Positions 1 through 9,278 of a stretch of DNA of 64,000 nucleotides are shown in pieces. Location of the stretch: contig JBBQFH010000007.1 in NCBI GenBank assembly GCA_038321865.1, forward strand, positions 64,913 through 128,912. The letters run 5' to 3'. The stretch's first letter is position 1, and every line of letters starts with the position of its first letter. The DNA comes from Gemmatimonadales bacterium (GTDB lineage: Bacteria; Gemmatimonadota; Gemmatimonadetes; Gemmatimonadales; GWC2-71-9). The notes below the pieces were generated by a model. That model searched no databases and was not told where the DNA came from. It saw only the letters and a program-made list of their open reading frames with translations. Made by a program: the position numbers and the translations under genes.

Positions 1-1063
1 CCGCCGGGAGCAGGAACACGAACGACAACCCGATGAAGAGCAGGCCAACCGCGAACTTCGTGGGCGTCGAAGGCTCGTGCCGTCCCAGCCGTGTCCACAG
101 CCACGCGAACACCGGCGCCAGCGCGATGACGAACACCGGCTGCACCGACTGGAACCAGCTCGAGGGAAAGCCGAAGCCCAGAATCGACGTTTCGCTGTAG
201 CGGTCGCCGAACAGGCTCAGCGTGGACCCCGCCTGTTCGTACGCCCCCCAGAAGACCGCCGCAAAGACGAAGAAGACGGCCATCGCCCCGAGCCGCTTCC
301 ATTCGATGCCGGTGAAGCCGCCCACGGTGCGCTTGCCAGGGAGGGCCTCGTCCGCCGCGGCGGTCGCACGGACCTCCTTCCGCCGCTGCTCCAGCCGGTC
401 GATCGCCGGCTTGAGGTGCTTCCGCCCGGCGATGTACTGCACGAGCCCCGCCGTCATGCCGACGCCGGCGCAGGCGAAGCCCAGATGCCAGTCCACCCGC
501 TGCGCCAGATATCCGGCGATGAGCGGGCCCAGCATGGCGCCGAGATTGATCCCCATGTAGAAGATGGAAAACCCGGCGTCGCGCCGGGCGTCTTCGACGC
601 TGTAGAGCGAGCCGACGATCCCGCTGACGTTGGGCTTCAGGAGACCGGTGCCGATCACGATCAGGCCCAGGCCGGCGTAGAAGAACGGCAGCGGATGCAT
701 CGCGAGCGTAAAGTGGCCCAGCGTGATGATGATGCCGCCGATCAGCACGCTCTTGTACTGGCCCAGCCAGCGGTCGGCGATGATGCCGCCGAAAATCGCG
801 GCCGCCCAGGCGCTCGCGGTGTAGGTACCGTAGGCGGCGCCTGCGTGCTTATCGTCGAACTTGAGCGCGTTCACCATGTAGAGGATGAGAAACGCGCGCA
901 TGCCGTAGTAGCTGAACCGCTCCCACATCTCGGTGAAGAAGAGGGTGGCGAGGCCGCGGGGATGGCCGAAGAAGCCGGTCTCGAGCGCACCGATCGCGCC
1001 CGGAGCGGGACGCGGACGATCGCCGACGGCATCGTTCAGGGGACCGCTGCTCTCAGAAGTCAC
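1..1063 (-). CDS. POT/PTR family proton-dependent oligopeptide MFS transporter (runs off window start)
   Basis: Not in the ORF track; manual minus-strand translation from GTG 1063 (SD AAAGGA upstream) gives GFFGHPRGLATLFFTEMWERFSYYGMRA, containing the ExxERFxYY POT signature. Confidence 0.92.
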   Translation of the reverse strand, partial: MTSESSGPLNDAVGDRPRPAPGAIGALETGFFGHPRGLATLFFTEMWERFSYYGMRAFLILYMVNALKFDDKHAGAAYGTYTASAWAAAIFGGIIADRWLGQYKSVLIGGIIITLGHFTLAMHPLPFFYAGLGLIVIGTGLLKPNVSGIVGSLYSVEDARRDAGFSIFYMGINLGAMLGPLIAGYLAQRVDWHLGFACAGVGMTAGLVQYIAGRKHLKPAIDRLEQRRKEVRATAAADEALPGKRTVGGFTGIEWKRLGAMAVFFVFAAVFWGAYEQAGSTLSLFGDRYSETSILGFGFPSSWFQSVQPVFVIALAPVFAWLWTRLGRHEPSTPTKFAVGLLFIGLSFVFLLPA

Positions 1064-1100
1064 GGCAGATTCCTTTGGATCAGGATGTCGTTCGGAACGC

Positions 1101-1637
1101 TCACTGCTCCCGGCCCAGCTTCTTCTTGAGGTGCGCCAGCTGGGCCTCGACCGCGGCCTCGTGCAGCGCGCGCTGGGCCCGCGCCGCCATCAGGTCGCTT
1201 TCGCCGTCCGCGGCGGGATCGTGCTCGAGACGGGGCGTCACGTCGGGCACGCGACCCTGCTGCGCCTCCCGCAGCTGCGCCGTCATCTCCGTTACCTCCC
1301 GCTCCGCCATCGCGATTTCGTCCGCCTGTACCGTCAGCTTTCGCTCGAGCACCGCGATGCGCTCGCGATGCCGCACGGCAAAGCGCTCCGCCACGGCGAC
1401 CGTTTCCGGATCGGGAAGCTCCGCCGCCAGCCGTCCGCGGCGTTCGGCGTCCGCCAGCCGCTTCCGCTCCGATTCGAGCTCGCGCTGGCTCGCGGCGAGC
1501 GCGTCACGCATCGCCCCCACCGCGGCCTTCGCCTCGACGACGGCCTCACGCAGGCCGGCCGCGTAGGCCCGTGCGTCGGGACGCCCGCCCTGCTCGGCGA
1601 ACAGCCGGTCGAGTCGCGTACGAAGGCTCTCGAACAC
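1101..1637 (-). CDS. Coiled-coil protein, PspA/IM30-like
   Basis: Likely GTG start at 1637; long helical/coiled-coil composition and C-terminal VEAQLAHLKKKLG resembling PspA tails. Confidence 0.55.
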   Translation of the reverse strand: MFESLRTRLDRLFAEQGGRPDARAYAAGLREAVVEAKAAVGAMRDALAASQRELESERKRLADAERRGRLAAELPDPETVAVAERFAVRHRERIAVLERKLTVQADEIAMAEREVTEMTAQLREAQQGRVPDVTPRLEHDPAADGESDLMAARAQRALHEAAVEAQLAHLKKKLGREQ

Positions 1638-1780
1638 GCCTTCCTGTCCTTTCGAAGGGAGAACCGCACCTGGAGGCGGGCAGAATGTTACGGCGGACAG
1701 CGCGGCAGCGTCAAGCGACGCCCGTCGCGCCAAACCCGCGCGCCTGCGCTATTTTCCGGACATCGCCCTCGGGAGTCACC

Positions 1781-2278
1781 ATGGCAGCGCGCGTCCTCGT
1801 CGTATCCATTGCCTGTATGACATTCGCCGCGTGCGGCGACGCGCCGCCCCATGCCACGGCCTGCGGCATCGCCGCGCTGGTCGGGCCGCAGCAGCTGATC
1901 AGCGAGTTCGGCGTGCGCGACCGGACCCTCGGGTCGCCACCGGAGACGCTGCCGGAGCGCCTCGTGGCACGCCTCGCGGCCGGACCCGCCTACCGCGCGG
2001 TCACCGGGCGCCAGCGCGGCGATTCGCTCTGGGTGATCGGCGTGGACGGCGCGCTTCCGCCGAAGGTGAAACTGGGATTCGGGGTGCTGGTGATCGATTC
2101 CACCGAGAAGCCGCTCGGCGTCGTTCTCTTCGAGGGGGCACCGGTCGAGCGGGCGCCCAGGATCGGGAGCGTGACGATGGGCGCGGCGACCGTTCCGCTC
2201 ATCGGGGTGCAGAGCGACCCGAAGCGCTTCGAGGACGCGCGCTGCCCTTACTTCCCCGATTCGGTGCTCGCCACGTGA
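1781..2278 (+). CDS. Hypothetical lipoprotein
   Basis: GGGAG SD before ATG 1781; signal peptide with lipobox-like FAAC. Confidence 0.65.
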   Translation: MAARVLVVSIACMTFAACGDAPPHATACGIAALVGPQQLISEFGVRDRTLGSPPETLPERLVARLAAGPAYRAVTGRQRGDSLWVIGVDGALPPKVKLGFGVLVIDSTEKPLGVVLFEGAPVERAPRIGSVTMGAATVPLIGVQSDPKRFEDARCPYFPDSVLAT

Positions 2279-3021
2279 GACCGCGCATCGCCGTGACCGG
2301 GGTGCTCCGCCGCTGGGATGGTGCCGACCGCACGGGCGTCAACGCCGCATACGTCGAGAGTGTGCTGAAGGCGGGCGGCGTGCCGCTGATTCTCTCGCCG
2401 ATCCTCGGCGCCGAGCATGCCGCGGCCGCGCTCGAGGGCGCCGACGGGCTGCTGCTGACGGGCGGGGAGGACATCGATCCGGCACTCTACGGCGAGACGC
2501 CTTCTCCGCGCCTCGGCACGATCTCGCGGAGCCGCGACCTGTTCGAGCTCGCCGCGTTCAGGGCCGCCCGCGAACGCGACATGCCGGTGCTCGGTGTCTG
2601 CCGCGGTATACAGCTCGTGAACGTCGCGCTCGGCGGCACGCTGTATCAGGATCTGCCCTCGGAGCGGCCATCCGCCGTGGCGCACGAGGCGCCGACCGCG
2701 CGGAACGCCGCCGCGCACGCGATCCGCGTGCAGCCCGGCAGCCGCACCGCCATCGCGCTCGGACAAACGGCGACGGCAGCCAACTCGTTCCATCACCAGG
2801 CCGTGCGGGACCTTGCCCCGGGCCTGATCGCCTCCGGCTGGGCCGACGACAACCTGGTGGAAGCGGTCGAGGCCGAGACCGATCCGTGGCTGATCGCCGT
2901 GCAATGGCACCCCGAGGAAATGCACGCGGACGCCACGTCGGCCGACAGCCGCCTCTTCGCGGCGCTGGTGGCGGAGGCGCAGGCGTTCGCCCACGCGCCT
3001 AGTGGGCGCCGAGGTCCCTGA
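2275..3021 (+). CDS. Gamma-glutamyl-gamma-aminobutyrate hydrolase family (peptidase C26, class I glutamine amidotransferase)
   Basis: LLLTGGEDIDP, GVCRG nucleophile elbow, VQWHPE; GTGA overlap with the upstream stop. Confidence 0.88.
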   Translation: MRPRIAVTGVLRRWDGADRTGVNAAYVESVLKAGGVPLILSPILGAEHAAAALEGADGLLLTGGEDIDPALYGETPSPRLGTISRSRDLFELAAFRAARERDMPVLGVCRGIQLVNVALGGTLYQDLPSERPSAVAHEAPTARNAAAHAIRVQPGSRTAIALGQTATAANSFHHQAVRDLAPGLIASGWADDNLVEAVEAETDPWLIAVQWHPEEMHADATSADSRLFAALVAEAQAFAHAPSGRRGP

Positions 3022-3709
3022 GGATGCGGTCGGGTGACGCGTGATGGGGAAACAGAACGCGGTCGCTCATGCCGTTGAGCGCGCCGCGGAGCGACGGAAA
3101 GCGCTCGGCGGCGATGCGGAAGACGTCGCCCAGGCCGTAGTGGTCGGCCAGCGCGTGATCGGACGCAAGTCCGAAACCCCGCCGCCCGAGCGCATCGTAG
3201 TAGGTGAGGTCGGGGCCGCCCTTCCGGAGGCGGCGCGCGGCGATGTAATCGGGGAAGAGGCCCGACAGCCAGAGGGCGTAGTTGCCCAGGTGGGCCATGA
3301 CCTTGAAGCGGCGGTCGCCTTCGCTCGATTCGAGGTCGGCCAGAATATCGACCATGTAGCGATGCTGCTCGTCGTCGTTCCAGTCGATTCGCCAGGCTCG
3401 GTCCCGTCGGCCAAAATCAATCACCAGCGCCGCCAGATAGTCCGCCAGGGCCCGATCGTCGACGCCGGCGTTCCGCAGCGTCTGACGGAGCAGCACATAG
3501 ACGAAGAGCGCCTCGGATGGCACCAGCACCGAGCCGACGGCGAGCAGACGCTCAAGCAGCTCCGGCACATCGAGGAGCGCATCCGGACCCTCGGCCGTCA
3601 AGCGCCGCTCGAGCGACGCCCGGCGACCAGCCGATCCGCTGCTCAGCAGCAGGATCACCAGCTGCAGATCGGCGGCCGTCAGGCGGCTGCGCGTGTCAGG
3701 ACGAATCAT
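2999..3709 (-). CDS. Hypothetical protein
   Basis: 236-aa ORF with protein-like composition (HLGNYALWLSGLFPD); no function recognised. Confidence 0.7.
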   Translation of the reverse strand: MIRPDTRSRLTAADLQLVILLLSSGSAGRRASLERRLTAEGPDALLDVPELLERLLAVGSVLVPSEALFVYVLLRQTLRNAGVDDRALADYLAALVIDFGRRDRAWRIDWNDDEQHRYMVDILADLESSEGDRRFKVMAHLGNYALWLSGLFPDYIAARRLRKGGPDLTYYDALGRRGFGLASDHALADHYGLGDVFRIAAERFPSLRGALNGMSDRVLFPHHASPDRILRDLGAH

Positions 3710-5723
3710 GGCGTTACCCCATCCAGGCGGTTGTGTGCACGGTGAATCTTCCCCGGAAAATGCCGAGTCGCTGGTCGAGAAGCTGACGGCCTTTGCTCAT
3801 GAGCTGGCCGGCACACTGCGCCGCGCGTCCATCATCGATCTGCTGATCCAGCACATCCGCCTCGGCCTCGCGCCGACCGAGATCGCGGTGATCCTGCTGA
3901 ACAAGGACACCGATGACCCCGATGACCTGCACAGCTGGCCCACTCCCGGCCGTGATCGCCGCGCGCTGCTCGACTTCGCCGCCGCCCAGCCGGGGCCGCT
4001 CATCGTGGCGGAGGGAGTGGACAAACTGCTCGTTAACGCCGACCCTCCCTCCGCCGGCGACCTCAGCGGAACATGGGCGCTCACGCCCCTCCTCGCCAAG
4101 ACGCAGGTCACAGGCGCGATAGCGGTTCGCGCACCTTCGAGCGGATTCACGCCGTCGGCCCTGCCCCTGCTGCAGGGACTGGTGGCGGAGGCGAGCATCG
4201 CGCTGGAGAGCGCCCGCCTGGTGGACCTGCATGACGACGGCCGGAAGTCGTGGCAGGAGGTGGTGGACGCGATCGCCCTCGCCCTGTGCATCGTGGACCG
4301 ATCCGGCAGCATTCGCCGTGCCAACCGGGCCTTCGCGAAGCTGGTGGACGCCCCGCCGGCGTCGCTGATTGGCCGACCCTGGCACGCGTTCGTACCCCCC
4401 GAATGGGCCGCCGACATCCGCCGCGCCCTGGGAGACGTGGTTCCGACCGGCGAGGTGGAGCTCCGGACCGGGGAGCTGAGCTACTCGGTGACCACCGTCC
4501 CGATCAGCGAGGGGGATCCGTCCACGACCGTGCTGCTCTTCGACGATCAGACCGAGCGCCGCCGGCTTCAGGACCAGCTGATCCAGTCCGAGAAGATGTC
4601 GGCGATCGGCCAGCTCATCGCCGGCATCGCCCACGATCTCAACAACCCGCTCGCCTCGGTGGTGGGATTTGCCGACTTTCTGGGCGAATCGCCCGAGGTC
4701 CCGGCCGGGCTGCGAGAGCCGCTGTCGGTGATCCGGGAGGAGGCCGAACGGGCCTCCAGCATCGTCAAGAACCTGCTCGGATTTGCCCGCAAGCAGGAAC
4801 GTCAGCGCCGGCTGGTAGCGCTGGAGCCGCTCCTCACGTCGACGCTTGCGCTGCTCCGGAACCAGCTGCTCGGCTACCACGTGGAGGCGGTGATGGAGCT
4901 CGAGGACGGGCTGCCCATGGTCGTCCTCGACCCCAACCAGATGCAGCAGGTCCTGGTGAACCTGATCAACAACGCGGCGCAGGCCATCGCCACGACGGAA
5001 CGCGCCGGCACCATCAGGGTCCGCGCGCGACGGCTGCTGGATGGCGTCATGATCGAGATCGCGGACGACGGGCCCGGCATGACCGACGAGCTCGCGCGAC
5101 AGGTGTTCGAGCCGTTTTTCACCACCAAGGGCGAGGGCCAGGGCACCGGTCTTGGCCTGTCGATCAGCCAGGGGATCGTGAAGGAGCATGGCGGACGCAT
5201 CACGCTCAGTTCCCGCGAGGGCGAAGGCGCCACCTTCACGATTCAGCTGCCCTGCGGTGACGCGGTGCCGGCCGAAGCGCCGGTCGCAGCCACGATTCGC
5301 GTCGTCACCACCGGACTGCGGGTGCTGGTGGTGGACGACGAGCCCCATATCCTCCACTACATGCGGGCGACACTGGAAGCATGGGGGCACGAGGTCGTGG
5401 TCGCCGGCGATGGCGCCGAGGCGCTCGAGCTGGCGGAAGCCGACGTCTTCGACCTGATCATCTCGGACCTGCGCATGCCCCGGCTCGGCGGGCGGGAGTT
5501 CTTCGAGCGACTGCTTCGCGTCGACCCCGAGGCCGGCCCGCGGGTGATCTTCAGCACCGGTGACACCGTCCGCGGCGACACGCTCGCGTTCCTCGAGGGA
5601 CTCGCCCGGCCCTACCTGCACAAGCCGTTCAGCCTGGCCGAGCTCCGCGCGATGCTTGCCGCCGTCACCAGCCGCCGCGCCGGGGAGCGCAGACCCCGGG
5701 TCGAGAAGGCGAGCCGGATCTGA
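3708..5723 (+). CDS. Hybrid sensor histidine kinase (GAF-like, PAS, HisKA, HATPase, receiver)
   Basis: H-box AHDLNNPL, N-box NLINNA, DDGPG, FFTTK, GTGLGL, receiver VVDDE..SDLRMP..KPF; exact start uncertain. Confidence 0.92.
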   Translation: MALPHPGGCVHGESSPENAESLVEKLTAFAHELAGTLRRASIIDLLIQHIRLGLAPTEIAVILLNKDTDDPDDLHSWPTPGRDRRALLDFAAAQPGPLIVAEGVDKLLVNADPPSAGDLSGTWALTPLLAKTQVTGAIAVRAPSSGFTPSALPLLQGLVAEASIALESARLVDLHDDGRKSWQEVVDAIALALCIVDRSGSIRRANRAFAKLVDAPPASLIGRPWHAFVPPEWAADIRRALGDVVPTGEVELRTGELSYSVTTVPISEGDPSTTVLLFDDQTERRRLQDQLIQSEKMSAIGQLIAGIAHDLNNPLASVVGFADFLGESPEVPAGLREPLSVIREEAERASSIVKNLLGFARKQERQRRLVALEPLLTSTLALLRNQLLGYHVEAVMELEDGLPMVVLDPNQMQQVLVNLINNAAQAIATTERAGTIRVRARRLLDGVMIEIADDGPGMTDELARQVFEPFFTTKGEGQGTGLGLSISQGIVKEHGGRITLSSREGEGATFTIQLPCGDAVPAEAPVAATIRVVTTGLRVLVVDDEPHILHYMRATLEAWGHEVVVAGDGAEALELAEADVFDLIISDLRMPRLGGREFFERLLRVDPEAGPRVIFSTGDTVRGDTLAFLEGLARPYLHKPFSLAELRAMLAAVTSRRAGERRPRVEKASRI

Positions 5724-5781
5724 CGCTTCTCGGCGCCGGCGGCTCCGGTGTATCGTTCAATGCCCTCACAACTGACGGAAC

Positions 5782-6579
5782 ATGATCTACGTCTGCATTC
5801 CAAGTCATAACGAAGCGCCGACGGTCGGCCTTCTGCTGTGGAAGATCCGGCAGGTGTTTGCGGAATTCTCCCGCGAGTACCAACTCGTCGTCGCCGACGA
5901 CGGATCGACCGACGCCACGGCCGAGGTGCTGGCCCCGTACGCGCGGGTCCTGCCGCTCACCGTGCTCCGCCACCCCGCCCGCCTGGGTTACGGACGGACC
6001 GTCGAGGAGCTGCTTCGCTTCGCCGCCGACCGCACCGACCGGCCGAAGCGGGACTGCGCGGTCCTCATGCACGCGGACTTCGCGCACGGCCCGCAGTACC
6101 TGCCGGAGCTCGTACGGCGGCTGGAGGGTGGCGCCGATATGGTCGTCGCCCAGGGCTCGCCCGGCGACGGGGCGACACGAGGCCGGCGGTTGTTGCGGAG
6201 GCTGGCCCCCATGCTGCTCCGGGGGCGCGTGCGGGTGCCAGGGGTGTCGGACGTGGTCTCGGGATTCGGCGCCTTCCGGCTGGTGACGCTGCGGAGCGCG
6301 TTCCGCGAGGCGAACGGTCCGCTGCTCAGCGCCGACGGCTGGGCCGCCAACGCGGAGCTGCTCGCCCGGGCGGCGCGGCATGCGCGGAGGATCGAGACGG
6401 TCGACGTCGTCGAACGGCACGATCTTCGGCCGCGGGACAGCCGGGTGCAGCCGTGGCACGCCGCCCGAGGGCTGTGGCGCGCGGGGGGCCGTCTCCGCCT
6501 TCCGGCGGGCGCACCGCCGGCCGCCGCACTCCGGGCGCGCGCCAGCGAGCCGGAGAGTGAGGCAGTGGGAGCACGCTGA
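5782..6579 (+). CDS. Glycosyltransferase family 2-like protein
   Basis: IYVCIPSHNEA and VADDGSTDAT GT-A motifs. Confidence 0.8.
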   Translation: MIYVCIPSHNEAPTVGLLLWKIRQVFAEFSREYQLVVADDGSTDATAEVLAPYARVLPLTVLRHPARLGYGRTVEELLRFAADRTDRPKRDCAVLMHADFAHGPQYLPELVRRLEGGADMVVAQGSPGDGATRGRRLLRRLAPMLLRGRVRVPGVSDVVSGFGAFRLVTLRSAFREANGPLLSADGWAANAELLARAARHARRIETVDVVERHDLRPRDSRVQPWHAARGLWRAGGRLRLPAGAPPAAALRARASEPESEAVGAR

Positions 6580-6595
6580 CCGGCGGCGATTGGTG

Positions 6596-6636
6596 ACAGG
6601 AGAAACGCCCGGCACCATGCCGGGCGTTTCTCCTGT
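6596..6636. terminator. Bidirectional terminator-like hairpin
   Basis: Perfect inverted repeat ACAGGAGAAACGCCCGGCA-cca-TGCCGGGCGTTTCTCCTGT between convergent genes. Confidence 0.75.
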
Positions 6637-6656
6637 TCGCTCGCCAGGACAGCCGG

Positions 6657-6869
6657 TCAGGCCGGCTTGCCGGAGATCACTTCCCTCACGCGCGCTGCAG
6701 TGTTCGGGGCGAAGATCTTCAGCACCAGGTAGATCAGGAAGCCCCAGAGCGCCAGCTTCAGCACCACACCGATCAGCCCGAGCGCACCCAGAAACAGGCC
6801 GAAGATGATCTTGAACAGCACGACCGACACCACGGCGAACACCGAGAAGCCAACGATGCTGCGAACCAT
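6657..6869 (-). CDS. Small membrane protein (70 aa)
   Basis: AGGAGG SD upstream of ATG 6869; hydrophobic helices. Confidence 0.75.
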   Translation of the reverse strand: MVRSIVGFSVFAVVSVVLFKIIFGLFLGALGLIGVVLKLALWGFLIYLVLKIFAPNTAARVREVISGKPA

Positions 6870-6943
6870 GCTATTTTCCTCCTGAGGTGGCCAGACGCTG
6901 ACCTGTACGCCCCAACGTTTCAAAAAGTTTCATAGGACAGTAA

Positions 6944-8044
6944 GTGACACCTTCGCATGATGTTGTCGTCGTCGGTGGAGGCGCGATCGGGGCCGCCTGC
7001 GCCCGCGAACTGGCCGTTGCCGGACACCGGCCGCTGGTGCTGGATGCCGGCACGCCGGGCGCGGCCTGGCAGGCGGCCGGGGGAATGCTCGCGCCGCAGA
7101 TCGAGGCGGATGGTCACGATCCGCTCTTCGAGATCGGTCTGGCCGCGCGGGACCGGTATGCCGAGATCGCGGGTCCGCTCCTGGAATCCACCGGCATTGA
7201 CATCGCCCTGTGGCAGGAAGGGATCGCCCAGCTCGCGACCGACGAGCAGCAGGTGGCGGAACTCAAGTCGAAGGTGGCGTGGCAGCGCCAGCAAGGCTAC
7301 CTGTGCGACTGGCTCGATGCCAAGGAGTCCCGCGAGCACTGGCCGTGGACCGGCCCCGTCTTCGGCGCGCTCTGGGCGCGTCGCGACGGCGCACTCGACC
7401 CTGAGGCGCTGGTGCGAGCGCTGCTGGCCGATGCGACCCGGCGAGGCGCCCGCGTCGTCAAGGATACCGCCATCGCGATCGAGCGCCAGGCCGGCCGTGT
7501 GACCGCCGTGATCGGCGCGGAACGGTATCCCACCGACAACATCGTCATCGCCGCGGGTGCCTGGTCGGGCCGCATCGCCGGGCTGCCTCGGCCGCTGTCG
7601 GTGGAGCCGGTTCGCGGTCAGATGGTGGCGCTGCCCTGGCCCGCCGACATCCCGCGGGCGGTCCTCTACAATCGCGACTGCTATGTGCTCGCCCGGGGCG
7701 CCGAGGCGATCGCGGGCTCCACGATGGAGTTTGCCGGATTCGATGCAAGCGTGACCCCCGACGGGGTGGACCGAATCCTCGCCTGCCTGGCCACGCTGTG
7801 CCCCGCGCTGGCCGGCCGGCACCCGACCCGTACCTGGGCCGGGCTCCGGCCCGTCACGCCGGACGGCCTCCCCATCGTCGGTGCGGCGCCCGGCGTCGAT
7901 GGACTCTGGTACGCGACGGGACACGGCCGAAACGGGATCCTGCTGGCGGCGCTGACGGGCCTCATCATCAGCCAGTTCGTCAGCGGGGCGTCCACCCACG
8001 AGGACGTGTCGGTCCTCTCGCCCGAGCGCTACTGGCGCTGGTAG
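6944..8044 (+). CDS. thiO: Glycine oxidase (FAD-dependent, DAO family)
   Basis: VVGGGAIG Rossmann motif, AAGGMLAP, PVRGQM, WAGLRP, GHGRNGILL. Confidence 0.8.
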   Translation: MTPSHDVVVVGGGAIGAACARELAVAGHRPLVLDAGTPGAAWQAAGGMLAPQIEADGHDPLFEIGLAARDRYAEIAGPLLESTGIDIALWQEGIAQLATDEQQVAELKSKVAWQRQQGYLCDWLDAKESREHWPWTGPVFGALWARRDGALDPEALVRALLADATRRGARVVKDTAIAIERQAGRVTAVIGAERYPTDNIVIAAGAWSGRIAGLPRPLSVEPVRGQMVALPWPADIPRAVLYNRDCYVLARGAEAIAGSTMEFAGFDASVTPDGVDRILACLATLCPALAGRHPTRTWAGLRPVTPDGLPIVGAAPGVDGLWYATGHGRNGILLAALTGLIISQFVSGASTHEDVSVLSPERYWRW

Positions 8045-8113
8045 GCACCCCATCCGATCGCCTCCCGCGGGCGTAAGTACGGCAACCACCGCCGTCACCC
8101 TCGAGGAGGCCCG

Positions 8114-8719
8114 ATGTCCGATCTGCCGACGTTCGTCACGCTGGGTTTCCACCACATCGTGGATCTCGACGCGGCCGATCACATTCTCTTCCTGCTTGTT
8201 CTGGCCGCGATCTACCGGCTGCGGGACTGGCGCGAGAGCCTGCGCGTGGTCACCGCGTTCACCATCGGCCACTCGCTGACGCTCGTGCTGGCGGTGACCG
8301 GAGTGCTGCGGCTGCCCACGCCGCTCATCGAGTTCCTGATTCCGCTGACCATCATTGCTACGGGCATCGAGAACATCGTGGTACGGCGCCGGACCGACCG
8401 GCCCTGGCACTCACGGCTGCGCCCGCTCCTCGCCGCGGTGTTCGGGCTGGTGCACGGTGCCGGCTTCGCCAACTACCTGCAGAGCCTCTTCACCGATCAC
8501 ATCGTCGTGCCGCTCCTGGGCTTCAATATCGGCATCGAGCTCGGGCAGGTGGTGGTGCTCGCCGCATGCGCGGCGGCGCTCACCGGTCTTGACCGGCTGA
8601 TTTCGGCCTGGCGCGAGTCGGCGGGCATCGGACAGGCACATCGGATCCGCGTGGTGGCCGTCAGCGCCGCCGCGGTGCTGGCCGCAGCCGTCATGGCCGC
8701 CGAGCGTCGGCCGTGGTGA
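8114..8719 (+). CDS. HupE/UreJ family membrane protein
   Basis: DHILFL, TAFTIGHSLTL, FGLVHGAGFA, FNIGIELGQ. Confidence 0.88.
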   Translation: MSDLPTFVTLGFHHIVDLDAADHILFLLVLAAIYRLRDWRESLRVVTAFTIGHSLTLVLAVTGVLRLPTPLIEFLIPLTIIATGIENIVVRRRTDRPWHSRLRPLLAAVFGLVHGAGFANYLQSLFTDHIVVPLLGFNIGIELGQVVVLAACAAALTGLDRLISAWRESAGIGQAHRIRVVAVSAAAVLAAAVMAAERRPW

Positions 8720-9156
8720 ATCCGGGCCGCCTCCTTGCCGTCGCGCCGCTGCTCCTGGCGGTCGCGATGCACCCGATGCACACCAGCTCCGCTGAGCTCA
8801 GCTACGATCTGACGGCCCGGCGCGCCGAGCTCGTGGTACGCGTCTTCGCCGATGAATTCCAGACCCTCGGTGGCGACGATGCCGCCCGGGCCGCGCGGGT
8901 GGCCGGCGGAATCGTGATCACCGCGCGCGACGGACGGGTGCTGCGGTTCGGGCTCGGCGGCATCGGCCGGCGGGCGGACATCGTGGAACTTCGCCTGTCC
9001 GCTCCCCTCGACGCGGGGCTGGCCGGAGCCAGGATGCTCGACACGGTGCTCTTCGACCGGTACGCCGATCAGGTCAACATCGTACGCGTGCGGAGCGGCG
9101 ATCGGACAGGCACGCTGCTGTTTACCCGCGGTTCGGGCGCGCGCGCCCTGCCGTGA
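8713..9156 (+). CDS. Secreted protein, DUF6702-like
   Basis: Signal peptide then HPMHTS and VRVFADE; this family commonly follows HupE/UreJ genes. Confidence 0.6.
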   Translation: MVNPGRLLAVAPLLLAVAMHPMHTSSAELSYDLTARRAELVVRVFADEFQTLGGDDAARAARVAGGIVITARDGRVLRFGLGGIGRRADIVELRLSAPLDAGLAGARMLDTVLFDRYADQVNIVRVRSGDRTGTLLFTRGSGARALP

Positions 9157-9184
9157 TCGCACCCGCCCGCGCCCGTACCGCTGC

Positions 9185-9214
9185 TTGTGGATGGTCCGCT
9201 CGGCGTGGTACAAT
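9185..9214 (+). promoter_or_regulatory. Candidate sigma70 promoter for the ECF sigma gene
   Basis: TTGTGG-18 bp-TACAAT with extended TGn -10. Confidence 0.45.
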
Positions 9215-9278
9215 GCGGAGCAGCGCATTGTCCGCACGCCGAATCGACCTTGCCGGGGGCACGTACGTCACATGGCGG

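Noticed and set aside
77..1129. 350-aa plus-strand ORF and similar long antisense ORFs (e.g. 27230-29353, 43308-44906, 56455-58464)
   Set aside because: Shadow frames of recognisable genes in high-GC DNA; Arg/Ala/Gly-rich with no motifs
2275..3021. puuD within a putrescine utilisation pathway
   Set aside because: Family match only; no puuA/B/C genes nearby
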